From NCBI GenBank assembly GCA_963699755.1, contig CAVOVB010000001.1, positions 1,664,001-1,728,000 on the forward strand: a DNA stretch of 64,000 bases, written 5' to 3'. Below, one piece after another: positions 62,848 through 64,000 of the stretch. The number at the start of each line of letters is the position of its first letter. The first letter of the stretch is position 1. Made by a program: the position numbers and the translations under genes. The notes beneath the pieces are model-generated. The model was not told the DNA's origin and searched no databases. It worked only from the letters and a program-made list of their open reading frames with translations. The stretch comes from an uncultured delta proteobacterium. GTDB lineage: Bacteria; Myxococcota_A; Polyangia; Polyangiales; Houyiibacteriaceae.

Positions 62848-64000
62848 ACGGAATGAAGCGGATCGTCGTCGTCGGGGCATCCCTGGCGGGGTTGCGGGCA
62901 GTCGAATTCATTCGGCGCGCGAAGTTCGACGGCGAGCTCGTCTTAATCGGAGAAGAGAAACATCGCCCGTACGATCGACCGCCACTCTCAAAAGAAGTGC
63001 TCCGCGGCGAGGCGGAACAAGAGCGCCTGTCGCTTCGGCGGAAAAGCTACGATGAGTTGAACGTCGACCTGAGGCTCGGGCACCGCGCTCAGTCGCTCGA
63101 CACCCGCGCCGGCGCGGTGCTACTTCAAAGCGGCGAGGTGGTTTCCTATGATGGCTTGGTGATTGCAACTGGCGGTGCGGTGCGTGCGCTTCCAAATCAG
63201 CCACCGCTCGAGGGCATCCACGTGCTTCGAACGCTCGATGATGCGTTGGCAATCCGCGCTGCGCTCGATGCCAAGCCTCGGGTGGCCGTGATCGGTGCCG
63301 GTTTCATCGGCGCCGAGGTCGCGGCGTCGGCCCGGCAACTGGGGCTCGAGGTCACCATGATCGAAGCCTTGGAGACGCCGCTTGCCCAGAGCTTGGGGCC
63401 GCGGCTTGGACGTATTCTGCAAGGGGTGCACGAGCGTCGCGGTGTGCGGGTGCTCTGCGGACGGCGCGTCGAACGGTTTGGCGGTGCTCGCCGTGTCGAA
63501 AGCCTATGGCTCGACGATGGCAGCCGAGTGGATTGCGACCTGGTCGTGGTTGGCGTCGGGGTCGCCCCTGCGGTGTCCTGGCTCGAGGGCTCTGAAATAG
63601 AGATCGAAGATGGCGTGCGATGCGACGCAACGCTCGCGACCAACGTTCCTGGTGTCGTTGCCGCCGGGGACGTCGCGAGTTGGTACAACCCACTGTTCGA
63701 GGAGCGGATGCGGGTCGAGCATTGGACCAACGCTGTCGAGCAAGCGCGTCACGCCGTCTCGACGCTGTTCGCCGCGCCTGGCGAAGCAAAACCGTTCGAA
63801 TCGGTGCCGATGTTCTGGTCCGATCAATTCGACCTGAAGATCCAGGGCGCCGGCAAGCCCAAGCCTGGCGATGAGCTCACCATCGTCAAGAGCGGGCCCG
63901 ACGATGAGAAGCTCGTTGCCCTCTATAGCCGCGTTGGCCGCGTGGTTGGTGCGGTGGCCTTCAACCAGCCTCCCAAGCTCGTCCAGCTTCGCATGCTGAT
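62844..64000 (+). CDS. FAD/NAD-dependent ferredoxin reductase (partial, runs off the window)
   Basis: Read directly (absent from the ORF track): IVVVGASLAG, PYDRPPLSK, IATG, IGAGFIG.E, AAGDVA, RVEHW, FWSDQ. Confidence 0.9.
   Translation, partial: MNGMKRIVVVGASLAGLRAVEFIRRAKFDGELVLIGEEKHRPYDRPPLSKEVLRGEAEQERLSLRRKSYDELNVDLRLGHRAQSLDTRAGAVLLQSGEVVSYDGLVIATGGAVRALPNQPPLEGIHVLRTLDDALAIRAALDAKPRVAVIGAGFIGAEVAASARQLGLEVTMIEALETPLAQSLGPRLGRILQGVHERRGVRVLCGRRVERFGGARRVESLWLDDGSRVDCDLVVVGVGVAPAVSWLEGSEIEIEDGVRCDATLATNVPGVVAAGDVASWYNPLFEERMRVEHWTNAVEQARHAVSTLFAAPGEAKPFESVPMFWSDQFDLKIQGAGKPKPGDELTIVKSGPDDEKLVALYSRVGRVVGAVAFNQPPKLVQLRML

Overview
GC-rich bacterial chromosome segment, mostly housekeeping. 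Gene content (many Cys-rich lipoproteins, FG-GAP protein, Hanks kinase, GldAFG-DUF4340) suggests Myxococcota (inference). It opens with rplK(end)-rplA-rplJ-rplL-rpoB-rpoC, followed by an acyl-CoA dehydrogenase instead of rpsL. Seven single frameshifts lie in the first 20 kb, three of them in essential rpoC, so they are most likely consensus sequencing errors. One of them hides the most interesting feature: a DUF692 (MNIO) + DUF2063-like RiPP cluster whose precursor, once re-framed, is a LIPOPROTEIN carrying two EASCGEGSCGGAK repeats. This is a candidate membrane-anchored oxazolin/bufferin-type metal-binding RiPP, with its own terminator and a divergent HExxH lipoprotein peptidase. Non-coding signals include a ~125-bp dispersed multi-hairpin repeat (3 full copies, each with four G-tracts), a 190-nt element closed by a 37-bp stem with strand-specific G-U pairs, a KstR-like operator and a 22-bp palindrome between an aldehyde dehydrogenase and an FG-GAP lipoprotein, and several apparently leaderless genes. 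The remainder is rnr, thymidine phosphorylase, hsp20, sucA, a Gld-like ABC system, DUF58-transglutaminase-MoxR-TPR, bolA-grxD-kinase, fabD, hppA, pgi, ROK kinase, ppnP, nth, SahR-like regulator-ahcY and a partial ferredoxin reductase. No rRNA, tRNA, CRISPR array, transposase or prophage was seen. All family calls come from motif recognition by eye; no database searches were run.
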